From the NCBI GenBank assembly GCA_016933535.1, contig JAFGAS010000086.1, forward strand, positions 74,392 to 138,391: 64,000 nt of DNA, read 5' to 3'. Position 1 is the stretch's first letter. Every line of letters starts with the position of its first letter. A program made the position numbers and the translations under genes. The stretch is from Candidatus Zymogenaceae bacterium (GTDB taxonomy: Bacteria > Desulfobacterota > Zymogenia > Zymogenales > Zymogenaceae). Positions 21,699 to 32,446 of this stretch are shown one piece after another. The notes beneath the pieces are model-generated. The model searched no databases. It saw nothing but the letters and a program-made list of their open reading frames with translations, and had not been told where the DNA came from.

Positions 21699-23222
21699 TC
21701 ATAGATTTTGGATCTTCTTGCCGATATGGTCGCGCCCCAGGAAATAGTTTATCCACGATGAGGTACGCCATAGCGCCCAGTCGCAGGGGGCAACGATGTC
21801 CTCACTGAAGGTCGGTTCGGCTCCCTTCCGGGCGAGCCGCCCGTAGGCCCGAACCCAAACGCACTCCCGCGTACCCGGATAGACTTCGCACCAGCCGTCG
21901 GTTGACCCCCCGCAGGGCCCGTTTCGCTCTTCCTTCGGGCACTGTGACATGGGGCAGAGGTAAGCGACATCAAAGAGGGAGCAGTCGCCGCAGTTTCGAC
22001 ACTCAAACAGTATCACCTTGATAACATTCTCGATGAAGGCAAATATCCCGGTGAGAATGCGTGAGGAATCGACCAGCCGCGCTGCCAGCCGCATGAGGCC
22101 GTACACCGGGCTTTTTGGCTCGAAAAAGACGGCGTGAATCATCCGTGAAAAGAGATAGGAAGGCGGTCGAAACGAGCTTCCTCTTCGCGCCGACGTCACG
22201 ACGGAGTTCAAACCGCCGTCCTTTTGTTTCTCGAAGAGGTAGTATCCCGCCTCCTGGGGATAGTCGAACTCGGGTACATACCGTTCCCAGTCGTCGGCAA
22301 TCTCTTGTCCCCGCTCGATGATCTCGACGACGGTATCTGCGTCTATCCCGTGCCCGCCGATGTGTACCCCGGCGCATCCCATCCCCCTGGCAATTGCGTA
22401 CTGCTTGGCGGCCCGCATGATCCTGGCCCCCTTCCCCTTATCCGGGGCCGCCCGTTCCGACTCGATCTGTCCGAGCAGCTTTTTTGTCACGACACAGCCC
22501 GGGAGGTTTCCCGCATTCATAGTTCTGGCAGCAGGATACGTCAGGACAAATATATTGGCAAGTACCGGGACATCCAACTTCTTTATCGAAAGCAGGGTCA
22601 TAAGCTCATGGAGCTTCCTCGCGTCGTATCCGACCTGAGTAACGACAAAACCGGCACCGGCCCGAATCTTTTTCATGAGCTTCTCGTACTGGCCGACGAG
22701 TTCGGCTTGCGTTTTCTTGAATGGCGAAACGGCCGCCCCGCAGAAGAAATCCGTTGGGGCCAGTGTCATCGTCTTTCCCATGAAGTCATAGGCAAGCCCC
22801 TCATTCATTCGGCCTATCAGTGACAGCAGGTGGATCGGATCGAAGTCAAATACCGGCTTTGCTGTCCCGAAACCACCGGCCGTCGGGTAGTCGCCCGAAA
22901 GGACGAGGAGGTTTTTTACCCCGTTTCGAAACAATCCGTATAAAAGGCTCTCAAGCTCGTTCCTGTTCTTGTCCCTGCAGGCGACATGGACCAAAGGATC
23001 GATGCCCATCTTCATTATTTCCACCGCGGCGAACTCCACCGCCAGGGCGGGAGTCCCTCCCGGATTGTCGGTGATCCCGATACCGTGGATTTTCTTTGAC
23101 CGCGCGGCCTTCTCGGCGTTTCTTATCACCTCGTCCTGCTGTCGTTCCGAAAATCCCCTTCCGGGGACAAGCTCCCAGTTTACGCAGAAGGTCTCCTTGT
23201 CGCGCAGCGCTTTTCTGAACAT
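21699..23222 (-). CDS. metF: Methylenetetrahydrofolate reductase with fused C-terminal MTHFR_C (MetV-like) Cys-rich domain
   Basis: ITDNPGG, HVACRDKNR, LSGDYP, KKIRAGAGFVVTQ; C-terminal CRNCGDC..CPMSQCPK..RNGPCGG..CEV..CVW. Confidence 0.85.
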   Translation of the reverse strand: MFRKALRDKETFCVNWELVPGRGFSERQQDEVIRNAEKAARSKKIHGIGITDNPGGTPALAVEFAAVEIMKMGIDPLVHVACRDKNRNELESLLYGLFRNGVKNLLVLSGDYPTAGGFGTAKPVFDFDPIHLLSLIGRMNEGLAYDFMGKTMTLAPTDFFCGAAVSPFKKTQAELVGQYEKLMKKIRAGAGFVVTQVGYDARKLHELMTLLSIKKLDVPVLANIFVLTYPAARTMNAGNLPGCVVTKKLLGQIESERAAPDKGKGARIMRAAKQYAIARGMGCAGVHIGGHGIDADTVVEIIERGQEIADDWERYVPEFDYPQEAGYYLFEKQKDGGLNSVVTSARRGSSFRPPSYLFSRMIHAVFFEPKSPVYGLMRLAARLVDSSRILTGIFAFIENVIKVILFECRNCGDCSLFDVAYLCPMSQCPKEERNGPCGGSTDGWCEVYPGTRECVWVRAYGRLARKGAEPTFSEDIVAPCDWALWRTSSWINYFLGRDHIGKKIQNL

Positions 23223-23279
23223 ATCGTGTCCCTCCGCCTCTTGCCGTCTTTATCTTTTGGCCCGGGCGTGCATATTGGA

Positions 23280-23810
23280 TTAGCTGATTATTCGATCTCC
23301 CCGAAAGCAAACACCCTCTATCTGAAGCAGGAGCCGCTTCAGCGCAACCCCCCCCTCCGTAGAAAAGCCAACCATCCTACCGTCGCCCCCCACAACCCGA
23401 TGGCACGGTATAAACGGCGGCAGTGGATTTCTCGACATCGCCCCCCCGACCGCCCTGGCCGCCCCCGGGCTCCCCACCCGACGCGCCGCCTCCCCGTAGG
23501 TTATGACAGTGCCCCTTCCGACATCTATGAGAACGGCGTAGACCCGCCGGTCAAAGGGTGAACAGCCCGTCAAGTCCAACACCACCGCCGAGAGATCTAC
23601 CGGTTCCCCCCGATAGTAGGCCGACAGAAGCCTCACCGCCTCATCGGGTGGGCGGGTTAATCGGTTGAACGCAGTTTCGGGGATGATGAGGTTTCTCTCG
23701 GCCGATTCCCGTTGACTCACGGGGAGGACTGAGCGGATCAATCCGTCGGGCGTAGCCGCCAGCCCCACCCAACCCCGGTCCGTTTCAAATACGGCGTACG
23801 GCACACTCAT
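23280..23810 (-). CDS. ogt: Methylated-DNA--protein-cysteine methyltransferase
   Basis: [20 protein letters not shown], active-site PCHRV. Confidence 0.92.
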   Translation of the reverse strand: MSVPYAVFETDRGWVGLAATPDGLIRSVLPVSQRESAERNLIIPETAFNRLTRPPDEAVRLLSAYYRGEPVDLSAVVLDLTGCSPFDRRVYAVLIDVGRGTVITYGEAARRVGSPGAARAVGGAMSRNPLPPFIPCHRVVGGDGRMVGFSTEGGVALKRLLLQIEGVCFRGDRIIS

Positions 23811-25387
23811 AAGGGCTCCCCCTCGTTCCTGAATCTCCTGATAAAGGGACCGACGATGGCCCCGAGTTCGCGTGATCCAAGCAGGCGCGTTGTCACCAGA
23901 TATATAAACAGCGAGCCGAGTATGGCCGCCGTCAGAACGACGGCCTTTTCCGTTGTTCGCCCCGTCGTGTCCCAGCTAATCAACGACGCGATCCACCACG
24001 CCGCCGCCGCCATGGTGAGGCATCCAACCCCCATTCTCAATATCGACAGAAAGAGCCGTTTCAGGCCGAGCCTCCCCATGACACGCCGAAATACCATTAA
24101 AAGCAACACGGCATTCAACACCGCGTCCAGCGAAACCGCCAGGGCCAATCCGCAGTGGGCCAACGGCACCACCAGGATGACCGACAGCAGTATATTGACG
24201 ATAATGGCCACGACCCCGATCGATACGGGCGTCGCCGTGTCCTTGAGGGCATAAAATCCGTTGGAGAGCACCCGTATCGATGCAACAAACGGAAGACCGA
24301 TTGAGAAAAATACGAGGGCGTTGGCCGTCATGACGACCGAGTTGAAGTCAAACTCACCGCGAAAGAAAAGGGCGCTGATAATCGGAACCGCGAGGATTGC
24401 CAGACCCAGCGCCGCGGGAATTGTTATATAGAGCGTCATGGAAAGTGCGTCGATGAAAGTTCGCTTCAGGTCATCGATACGGTTCTCGGCGGCCATCCTG
24501 CTCATCGTGGGCAGGACCGCCGTTCCCAGGGCGACGGCAAATATCCCGAGGGGGAACTGGTCAAGCCGGTCGGCATAATAGAGGTATGAAACACTGCCCG
24601 ACGGCAGGAACGACGCCAGAAGCCTGACCACCACGACGTTTACCTGATAGATAGAGGCCCCGAAAATGGCCGGGACCATCAGCTTGAGAATCGTTTTGAC
24701 CCTGGGATGGGAAAAATTAAAATCGGGCTTAAATGTTACCCCTTTTTTTATCAGGAACGGTACTTGGAGCGCCAGCATCAGAATCCCGCCGATGACGACG
24801 CCGATCGCAAGGCTCAAAACCGGTACGTTGAGCAGTGGACCGATTACGAGCATCGAAAGGATCATTGCCAGGTTAAAAAGCATGGGCGATGCAGACGGGG
24901 CAAAGAAGTGGCCCATGCTGTTGAGCACGCCCATTGCCAGTGCCGCCAGGGAAATAAGGAGCATATAGGGAAACATCACGCGTGCCAGCAGAACCGTCAA
25001 CTCCCATTTTGGTGCGTTCGCGCGGAAACCGGCGGCAAACAGCGTGAGGATCTCGGGCGAGAACAGAATTCCCGCCAGCACCGCCACCGTCAGGACGATC
25101 GCCATGAATGTCATGGTGATACGGGCGACCCGGACGGCCTCCTCCTTTCCTTCATGGATGAGGGTTTCGGTATAGACCGGGATGACGGCCACCGTCATGG
25201 TCCCTTCGGCAAAGAGCCTGCGCAGGAGGTTGGGAATAGTAAAGGCGACAAAAAACGCATCGGCGGCATCGGTGGCGCCGAAGAAGAAAGCCGTAACCAT
25301 GTCCCGAATAAAACCAAGGATACGGCTTCCGAGCGTGCCCAGACCCACAACACCGGCCGCCTTTACCATCTGAGAATTTTCAGACAT
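23807..25387 (-). CDS. murJ: Lipid II flippase MurJ (MviN)
   Basis: [41 protein letters not shown]. Confidence 0.96.
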   Translation of the reverse strand: MSENSQMVKAAGVVGLGTLGSRILGFIRDMVTAFFFGATDAADAFFVAFTIPNLLRRLFAEGTMTVAVIPVYTETLIHEGKEEAVRVARITMTFMAIVLTVAVLAGILFSPEILTLFAAGFRANAPKWELTVLLARVMFPYMLLISLAALAMGVLNSMGHFFAPSASPMLFNLAMILSMLVIGPLLNVPVLSLAIGVVIGGILMLALQVPFLIKKGVTFKPDFNFSHPRVKTILKLMVPAIFGASIYQVNVVVVRLLASFLPSGSVSYLYYADRLDQFPLGIFAVALGTAVLPTMSRMAAENRIDDLKRTFIDALSMTLYITIPAALGLAILAVPIISALFFRGEFDFNSVVMTANALVFFSIGLPFVASIRVLSNGFYALKDTATPVSIGVVAIIVNILLSVILVVPLAHCGLALAVSLDAVLNAVLLLMVFRRVMGRLGLKRLFLSILRMGVGCLTMAAAAWWIASLISWDTTGRTTEKAVVLTAAILGSLFIYLVTTRLLGSRELGAIVGPFIRRFRNEGEPL

Positions 25388-25400
25388 GCTAATAATTTCC

Positions 25401-25429
25401 TTGACAATGGCATGGAAGTAACGTATATT
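25401..25429 (+). promoter_or_regulatory. sigma70 promoter for rpsT
   Basis: TTGACA-17 nt-TATATT. Confidence 0.6.
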
Positions 25430-25465
25430 TTCACAATTAAATTACGACTTCGGAGGTAATCAGAT

Positions 25466-25735
25466 TTGGCAAATCACCGCTCGGCCATAAAACGGATGAT
25501 TCAGGGTGAGAAGCGCCGCGCTAGGAATCGGCACGTCAAGAGCACCGTTAAGACCCACATAAAGAGCTACCTTAAAACCGTTGAAGAGAAAAATCCCGAA
25601 ACCGTCAAGGAAACCCTGAAACGGACCATTATAACCATCGACAAGGCGGCATCCAAAGGCGTCATCCACAAGCGAAATGCCTCCCGAAAGATCTCCCGAC
25701 TCACTCGGAAGTATAACGCCCTGTCCGCATCATAG
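25466..25735 (+). CDS. rpsT: 30S ribosomal protein S20
   Basis: MANHRSAIKR..., DKAASKGVIHKRNASRKISRL; TTG start with GGAGG SD. Confidence 0.97.
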   Translation: MANHRSAIKRMIQGEKRRARNRHVKSTVKTHIKSYLKTVEEKNPETVKETLKRTIITIDKAASKGVIHKRNASRKISRLTRKYNALSAS

Positions 25736-26771
25736 TGGTGATATCCAGGGCCATCTTGTCCATCACCACTCCGCCCTTCCCCCATCGGGATTTCAGCAGC
25801 CTGTCCGTCTTATAGAATTCTCGGAATACCCCCCGAAATACCCCATGCGGTATACGGCGCGCCTGTGCCGTATATTCAGCCAATCTGAACGCGGGAATCT
25901 TGAGCTCCCGCGATATCTTTGCCTCGTTCTCGTCACGATCGACCATCATCTTCAAAGACCACAGCCGCATAAAGTGCCACCGAATGATCGATAGGATCTG
26001 CGTGGGCTCCGCGCCCTCTCCTATCACCTCGCGGAGCATCACCACCGAGGCCGCCGAATCGCCCCGTGATAGGGCGTCGGTAAGCTCAAAGACGGTATGC
26101 ACGCGAAGATACGGAAGAATCTCCTCGACTACCGAAAGAGTAGCCCGTTTCTCCGATCCCAGGAATATCACGATTTTCTCGACCTCCATGGCAATGGCCG
26201 AAAGGTCCTGTCCGATGAAATCGACGATCGCGTCCAGCGCTTCGCGATCGATCTCCTTGCCCTCGTTTCCCAATCTTCTGGTTACCCATTCCCGGATATC
26301 ATTCTCCCTAGCCCTGGCAAAGACGGCCACGGCGGTAACCTTGACAAGATCAGAAAGGCGGTCTGCGGGCGGTGCGGCGATTCCCGAGGGTCCCTTCCCC
26401 TTGCCGATACCGCGGGCCGTCACGATCATCACTGTCTTGGATGAAGGGTTCTGCGCGTAGGCGGCAACCGCCTGCACCTCTTTATCTTTGAGCCTTTCCG
26501 CACCGCGGACGATAACGACCTTTTTGGCCCCTCCCATAGGGACCGTCATGGCAGCGTTCATGATATCGGTTATGGCGTCGTCGCCGGCGTAGAAAACCTC
26601 GCATAACAGATCGCCGAAGATCCCACCCCCCGCGAGCGCGGCCGCCGCCAGACGATCCTCGTATTCGCGGACAAGAAAATCATTTTCTCCATAAAAAAAA
26701 TAGACGGGATAAAGCTTCCCGTCTTTAATGTCCCGATCGAGATCCCTGGCGGAGGCATAGTATCGAGTCAT
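25701..26771 (-). CDS. holA: DNA polymerase III delta subunit
   Basis: PVYFFYGENDFL, PMGGAKKVVIV, EVEKI, VFELTDAL; leuS-lptE-holA synteny. Confidence 0.88.
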   Translation of the reverse strand: MTRYYASARDLDRDIKDGKLYPVYFFYGENDFLVREYEDRLAAAALAGGGIFGDLLCEVFYAGDDAITDIMNAAMTVPMGGAKKVVIVRGAERLKDKEVQAVAAYAQNPSSKTVMIVTARGIGKGKGPSGIAAPPADRLSDLVKVTAVAVFARARENDIREWVTRRLGNEGKEIDREALDAIVDFIGQDLSAIAMEVEKIVIFLGSEKRATLSVVEEILPYLRVHTVFELTDALSRGDSAASVVMLREVIGEGAEPTQILSIIRWHFMRLWSLKMMVDRDENEAKISRELKIPAFRLAEYTAQARRIPHGVFRGVFREFYKTDRLLKSRWGKGGVVMDKMALDITTMMRTGRYTSE

Positions 26772-26777
26772 CTATAG

Positions 26778-27299
26778 TTAGTACCCAAGTATGAGCCGAT
26801 CATGGAACTCGACTGCGAGTTTTTGGGCGAGGTCTTCCAGCGCGATCTCTTTGTAACTGTCCAGTATGCCGGCGCCTGTTCCGATACGGTAATCCTCGGT
26901 ATAAGCAAGATCCGACACTTCCCAGACAACATCGCCGCCTTTAACGAGCTTGGCTCCCGCGTGTACCGTAATCGTTACGAGGACCGCCCGGTCTTCCTCG
27001 TTATAGATACGGTTGAAATAGTCGACCGACTTGATAGTCCCGATCAGCTCGGCATCCGCGCTCTCTTTCTTCGCCGGTACCAGCGCACCCGATTTCATAA
27101 ATTCCCTTACCAGTGCATTGGTCATAATTACTCCCAGGCTCGGCTCATCAGTCTGGTTTTCGAAAGCGGGGATATAGACCTTTTTGATATCGGGTCCTAG
27201 CTGCTTCTTCACGTTCACAAAGGTATAACCGCACCCGGTTAGCGAGAGGATAATTAAGAGCGTGATGCCGATCGGCGCCACTTTTTTTATGATGTTCAT
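26778..27299 (-). CDS. lptE: LPS assembly lipoprotein LptE family
   Basis: Lipobox LTGC-GY, KVYIPAFENQT; lies between leuS and holA. Confidence 0.8.
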   Translation of the reverse strand: MNIIKKVAPIGITLLIILSLTGCGYTFVNVKKQLGPDIKKVYIPAFENQTDEPSLGVIMTNALVREFMKSGALVPAKKESADAELIGTIKSVDYFNRIYNEEDRAVLVTITVHAGAKLVKGGDVVWEVSDLAYTEDYRIGTGAGILDSYKEIALEDLAQKLAVEFHDRLILGY

Positions 27300-27417
27300 A
27301 ACATAACCCCATACCGTCTTACGGCGACGGCTAATCGTGCCAGAAACAAACCCACCCGTGACATCCCGGAAACACGGTCATAACCGCGCACTCCTGCCCC
27401 GTTATCTTTCCTCATCG

Positions 27418-29919
27418 TTACTGGATCACCACGATATTGACCAGTTTCTTTGGAACCACGATTACGTTCTTGATCTCTTTTCCCGTTATGTACCCCGTTA
27501 CCTTTTCGTCGGAAATGGCCCGCTCTCTGATCTCCTCGTCGGAGGCGTCGGCTCCCACAGAGAGCCTGCCCCTCACCTTACCGTTTACCTGCACGACGAT
27601 AGTGATCTCATCGGACTTCGCAAGCTCCTCATCCCACACAGGCCACGGTACGGTGACGATCGACGGCTTCTGGCCGAGGACGCCCCACAGCTCTTCGGCG
27701 ATATGCGGAACCGCCGGGGAAAGGAGCAATACGGCTTTCATACCGGCGTCCCTAAAGACCGCCGCATCGGCCGGCCCGACATCTTTGCCCTGCCCGACAA
27801 AGGCGTACATCTCGTTGAGGAGTTCCATCACCGCGGCGATGGCGGTGTTGAAGTGAAATCGCTCCTCTATATCCTCGGTAACCTTCTTGACGGTTTGATG
27901 GGTCTTCCTTCTCAGATCTACGCCCCGCTGCGTGATTGCCGATCCATCTCCTGGAAAGCCCTTCCCTTTTTTGATAACGTCCATGTTATCGACGATAATT
28001 CTCCACAGGCGATTGAGAAACCTGAAAGACCCGTCGATACCCTGGTCGCTCCACTCGAGCTCTTTCTCTGGCGGGGATGCAAAGAGCATGAAAAGCCTCG
28101 TCGTGTCGGCGCCGTATTTCTTTATCATGTCATCGGGGTCTATGACGTTTCCCTTTGACTTGCTCATTTTGGCGCCGTCCTTGATTACCATCCCCTGGGT
28201 AAGGAGCCGGGTGAACGGCTCCCGGTATTTCACCAGGCCGAATCTCTCCATGACGCGGCTGTAAAAGCGCGAGTAGAGCAAGTGCAGAATCGCGTGTTCT
28301 ATCCCTCCGATATACTGATCGACGGGCAGCCAGTAGTCCACCCGTTTCCCGTCAACCATCCCCCCGTCATAATCCGGACAGGAGTATCTGGCGTAGTACC
28401 AAGACGATTCCACGAAGGTATCCATGGTGTCGGTCTCACGGCGGGCCGGACCCGCGCAGCTCGGGCAGGTCGTTTTCACGAACGGCTCGTGGGACACGAG
28501 CGGAGAGCCGCCTTCTCCCGTAACCGTGACGTCCAGCGGCAGCAGTACCGGCAGTTGTTCCGGGGGCACGGGCACCACGCCGCAGCGATCACAATAGACG
28601 ATCGGAATGGGCGCGCCCCAGTAGCGCTGACGGGAGATCCCCCAGTCGCGCAATCGATAATTGACTGTCCTATTGCCCAGGTGCTTTTTCTCCAGGTCGT
28701 CGATAATCGCGTCCATCGCCGCACGGTTGTTCATACCATTAAAAGCCCCTGAATTGACCAGGACGCCGTCCTCGACATAGGCCTCGGTCATCTCGTCGGC
28801 GCTAAGGTTTGATGATTCAGGCGAGATGACCACGATGATGGGAAGGCCGTATTTCTTGGCGAATTCAAAGTCGCGTTGGTCGTGAGCGGGCACCGCCATG
28901 ACCGCCCCCGTGCCGTATTCCATGAGGGCGAAATTAGCGGCAAAGACCGGCATCTCGTGGCCGGTAAAGGGGTTCTTACAGTAGGCGCCTACGAAAACCC
29001 CCTCTTTCTCGTAATCCTCCGACGAGCGTTTGATCCTGTCGGTCTTGAGCATCCGCTCGACAAAGCCGTCGACTTCCTTTTCCTGGGACGTGCCCCTCGA
29101 AAGCTCGATCGTGAGGGGATGCTCCGGGGCAAGCACCATAAAGGTCGCCCCGAATACGGTGTCCTGCCGGGTCGTGAAGACCGGTATGGATCCGTCCCCC
29201 TCGGCGAGCGGGAATTCTATACGGGCGCCGTAACTCTTGCCGATCCAGTTCTTCTGCATGGTCAGCACCCGCTCGGGCCAGCCGGGGAGCTTTTCGAGAT
29301 AGTCCAGGAGGTCTTCTGCAAACTCCGTGATCTTAAAAAACCAGCCGTTGATCTCTCGAGGAACCACTTCACGGTCGCATCTCCAGCACCGTCCCGCGAT
29401 GACCTGTTCGTTGGCCAACACCGTCTGGCATTCATCGCACCAGTTGACAAAAGACTTTTTCTGATACGCGAGCCCCCCCTCATACATCTTGAGGAAGAGC
29501 CACTGTTCCCATCGGTAGTATTCGGGATCACAGGTGGCCAGTTCCCGCTCCCAGTCATACGAGAAGCCCATCGCCTTGAGCTGCTTTTTCATGTAGTCGA
29601 TGTTTTCGTAGGTGAACGTCGCCGGATGAACGCCTCTTTGTATGGCGGCGTTTTCCGCCGGCATGCCGAAGGCGTCCCACCCCATCGGGTGCAGGACGTT
29701 GAACCCCCGCATCATTTTGTACCGCGCTACCAGGTCCGTAATGCTGTAGTTACGGACGTGCCCCATGTGTATCCTGCCGGAGGGATAGGGAAACATCTCC
29801 AGGACGTAGTATTTTTCTCTATCCTGGTCCTCGACGGACTTGAATGTCTTATTGTCTTCCCAAAATTTCTGCCACCTCGATTCAACGGCGGCCGGGTTGT
29901 ACTTTCCCTGAGCGGTCAT
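27418..29919 (-). CDS. leuS: Leucine--tRNA ligase
   Basis: [42 protein letters not shown]. Confidence 0.98.
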   Translation of the reverse strand: MTAQGKYNPAAVESRWQKFWEDNKTFKSVEDQDREKYYVLEMFPYPSGRIHMGHVRNYSITDLVARYKMMRGFNVLHPMGWDAFGMPAENAAIQRGVHPATFTYENIDYMKKQLKAMGFSYDWERELATCDPEYYRWEQWLFLKMYEGGLAYQKKSFVNWCDECQTVLANEQVIAGRCWRCDREVVPREINGWFFKITEFAEDLLDYLEKLPGWPERVLTMQKNWIGKSYGARIEFPLAEGDGSIPVFTTRQDTVFGATFMVLAPEHPLTIELSRGTSQEKEVDGFVERMLKTDRIKRSSEDYEKEGVFVGAYCKNPFTGHEMPVFAANFALMEYGTGAVMAVPAHDQRDFEFAKKYGLPIIVVISPESSNLSADEMTEAYVEDGVLVNSGAFNGMNNRAAMDAIIDDLEKKHLGNRTVNYRLRDWGISRQRYWGAPIPIVYCDRCGVVPVPPEQLPVLLPLDVTVTGEGGSPLVSHEPFVKTTCPSCAGPARRETDTMDTFVESSWYYARYSCPDYDGGMVDGKRVDYWLPVDQYIGGIEHAILHLLYSRFYSRVMERFGLVKYREPFTRLLTQGMVIKDGAKMSKSKGNVIDPDDMIKKYGADTTRLFMLFASPPEKELEWSDQGIDGSFRFLNRLWRIIVDNMDVIKKGKGFPGDGSAITQRGVDLRRKTHQTVKKVTEDIEERFHFNTAIAAVMELLNEMYAFVGQGKDVGPADAAVFRDAGMKAVLLLSPAVPHIAEELWGVLGQKPSIVTVPWPVWDEELAKSDEITIVVQVNGKVRGRLSVGADASDEEIRERAISDEKVTGYITGKEIKNVIVVPKKLVNIVVIQ

Positions 29920-30082
29920 CGTCGGTCTCTTTTCGTTATCGGGTCATTATCATTATGAGCCGGAGTGATATCACCACCTATTATTAACATATTTAGGTAT
30001 CATATTTGTTTCGGATTTGCAAGACTAATAGTAACCGGCCCGTTGTGAGTATCCCGTTTTTCCAAAATACGGCCGTGGTCTG

Positions 30083-30091
30083 TGGTACAAT
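30083..30091 (+). promoter_or_regulatory. Extended -10 promoter (probable leaderless mRNA)
   Basis: TGG-TACAAT, 6 nt before ATG 30098; no SD. Confidence 0.5.
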
Positions 30092-30097
30092 ACCCGC

Positions 30098-32419
30098 ATG
30101 ACAAGGACCGAACCGACACGACAGGCATACATGGCCGCGATAGCAGTGGGAGGAGCTTCCATCGCCGGCCAGATCATCCTCATGCGGGAGATAATGATTC
30201 TCTTTTACGGCAACGAGCTTTCGGCAGGCATCTGTCTCTTCTCGTGGTTGTTCTGGACGGCATCCGGCAGTTTTTTCGGCACCATCGTTACCCGAAAAAG
30301 AGCCGTTGGAATACGAATTCTCCCGGCGCTGCTTCTGGCCGAATCCCTCCTGCTGCCGGCCACCGTTGTCGCCTGCCGCATCGCAAAAACGATCATCGGG
30401 ATATCCCAGGGGGAGATCATCGGAATCGGCCTGATAACGGCTATTGCGGGGGTCGTGCTGCTGCCCTTCTGTTTCTTCTCGGGATTTCTCTTTCCCCTGC
30501 TCATACGAACCGATCCGGCAGGCCCTCGAATCGACGGCGACGCCCCGGCCCGTATCTATCTCTTTGAATCCATCGGCTCATCGGTCTTCGGAATTATCAC
30601 CAGCCTTATCCTCATTCGGTATTTTGACGCGTTGACAATCTCGTTTTTCATCGGTGCCGTCGCCGGCTCGTCGGCGCTTATCATCTCACTTGTGGGCAGG
30701 CGCCGCACCCTGGTCTTCGTATCGGCGGTCATCGTCTCCCTTTTCGTCCTGCAGCCCGCCTTTTCGTTTCCTGATATCGGTGGGATCACCCGGCGTCTTC
30801 AGTGGAAAGGCTTTACGGTGGTCGAGTCGGCCGATTCTGTCTACGGGAACCTCACCGTAACCCGCTCTGGGAGCCAGACCACCTTTTACGACAGCGGAGT
30901 TCTCTCGTTCACCTATCCGGACGTGATGAGCAGCGAACTGGCCGTGATCTATCCCCTTCTTCTCCACCCTAGGCCAGTGCGGGTGCTGCTGATGGGGGGC
31001 GGAATTTCCTCGACCGTTTCCGAGATACTCAAACACCCTTCAGTTGCCGAGATCGACTACGTGGAGTTGGACCCGACACTTATCGACCTTGGCGTCAGAC
31101 ACCTCCCCCCGGAGGCAACACGCCCGCTGTCCGACGCCCGGGTTCGCGTTATCCACACGGACGGGCGCCTCTTCGTAAAAGAGGCGCGTGACCATTACGA
31201 CGTGATCATCGTCAACATGGCCGATCCCGTCAACGCCCGTATCAACCGCTACTTCACCCGGGAATTTTTCCAGGAAGTAAAGGGCATCCTTGCCTCCGGC
31301 GGGGTTTTCTCGATCTCGGTGGGCTCTTCCGAAGAGATCATCAGCCCCGTGCTCGCCTCCTTCCTCGGGAGCGTCTCCCGGACGATAGCGGCGGTCTTTC
31401 CCTTTACTGCGGTCGTTCCCGGCCAGACGGCCTTTTTCGTGGCGTCCGACCTCGCGTCCCGGATGGATATTGACCCCCAAGTCCTTATCTCCCGTATGAA
31501 TGACCGCGGGGTCGTCAACAGCTACGTTACCGAATACTATCTCCTCTATCAACTGAACGACGACCGCATCGGATATATCCGCCGTGCGATTGAAGGTACG
31601 AGAACCGCCGGGATCAATACCGACCTTTCTCCCACGGTGTACTACTACGACATGGTGCTGAGGAGCTATTCACTCTCACCCGGCCTGAAGATTGTCCTTT
31701 CCGATCTCGCCGGGTCACGGCCGAATCTCCCTGCGGCGGCCCTCGTCGTTTGCACGATCCTCTACGGCGGCTTTATCGCAGTCTGCCGCAGGAAAGGGGT
31801 TTCGCTGCCCGCCGTCACCCTGGTCCCCGCGGCGTTGGCCTCGGGATTTTCCGAGATCGCGCTTACCGTCGTCATCATCATAGCCTTTCAGACTTTCTAC
31901 GGCTACGTCTATTTCAGCCTCGGCCTGATCGTCTCGGCCTTCATGATCGGTCTTGCGGCCGGGACGGCCGCCGCCCGAGCGTGGGCCAAGGGCCTCCGTC
32001 GGCCCTGGCGGGCCCTCGTTATCGTTCAAGTCCTCTACGGCGTCTACTGCCTTTGCCTCGTGGGGGTTCTCGTCTTCTTCTCGACGTATGGATCCGGAGG
32101 GCCGCCCTGGGCATTTAGCGCGGCCTTCTCTTTGTTGAACATGTTATGCGGGATGCTTGCCGCCTTTCACTATGTCACCGCGGTGCGCTCCCTCACTTCG
32201 TCGGGCATACCCCCCAGCGCGGGTGGGTGGGTCTATGGGGCAAATCTTGCCGGCGCGGCCGCCGGCGCCCTGTTGGCATCGGTGGTCATGATCCCGATAT
32301 GGGGATTGGTTACGACAGTGCTGTTGGTCTCGGCGGTAGACCTGTGCGCGGCGGGAGTTGCCGGAATCGGGGCGGGATATTTAAGCGGTAAAACGGGCCG
32401 TGCTATCCAGGCCGGGTAA
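30098..32419 (+). CDS. Fused MFS-like / spermidine-synthase-fold membrane protein (14 TM, degenerate catalytic residues)
   Basis: 7 TM + SAM-fold domain (RVLLMGGG, YVELDP, DGRLFV, YDVIIVN..DP, FTREFF) + 7 TM. Confidence 0.85.
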   Translation: MTRTEPTRQAYMAAIAVGGASIAGQIILMREIMILFYGNELSAGICLFSWLFWTASGSFFGTIVTRKRAVGIRILPALLLAESLLLPATVVACRIAKTIIGISQGEIIGIGLITAIAGVVLLPFCFFSGFLFPLLIRTDPAGPRIDGDAPARIYLFESIGSSVFGIITSLILIRYFDALTISFFIGAVAGSSALIISLVGRRRTLVFVSAVIVSLFVLQPAFSFPDIGGITRRLQWKGFTVVESADSVYGNLTVTRSGSQTTFYDSGVLSFTYPDVMSSELAVIYPLLLHPRPVRVLLMGGGISSTVSEILKHPSVAEIDYVELDPTLIDLGVRHLPPEATRPLSDARVRVIHTDGRLFVKEARDHYDVIIVNMADPVNARINRYFTREFFQEVKGILASGGVFSISVGSSEEIISPVLASFLGSVSRTIAAVFPFTAVVPGQTAFFVASDLASRMDIDPQVLISRMNDRGVVNSYVTEYYLLYQLNDDRIGYIRRAIEGTRTAGINTDLSPTVYYYDMVLRSYSLSPGLKIVLSDLAGSRPNLPAAALVVCTILYGGFIAVCRRKGVSLPAVTLVPAALASGFSEIALTVVIIIAFQTFYGYVYFSLGLIVSAFMIGLAAGTAAARAWAKGLRRPWRALVIVQVLYGVYCLCLVGVLVFFSTYGSGGPPWAFSAAFSLLNMLCGMLAAFHYVTAVRSLTSSGIPPSAGGWVYGANLAGAAAGALLASVVMIPIWGLVTTVLLVSAVDLCAAGVAGIGAGYLSGKTGRAIQAG

Positions 32420-32446
32420 TATGGTCGAAGAATAGATCGTTTGCTC

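Noticed and set aside
28876-29958. 360-aa plus-strand ORF
   Set aside because: Antisense to leuS.
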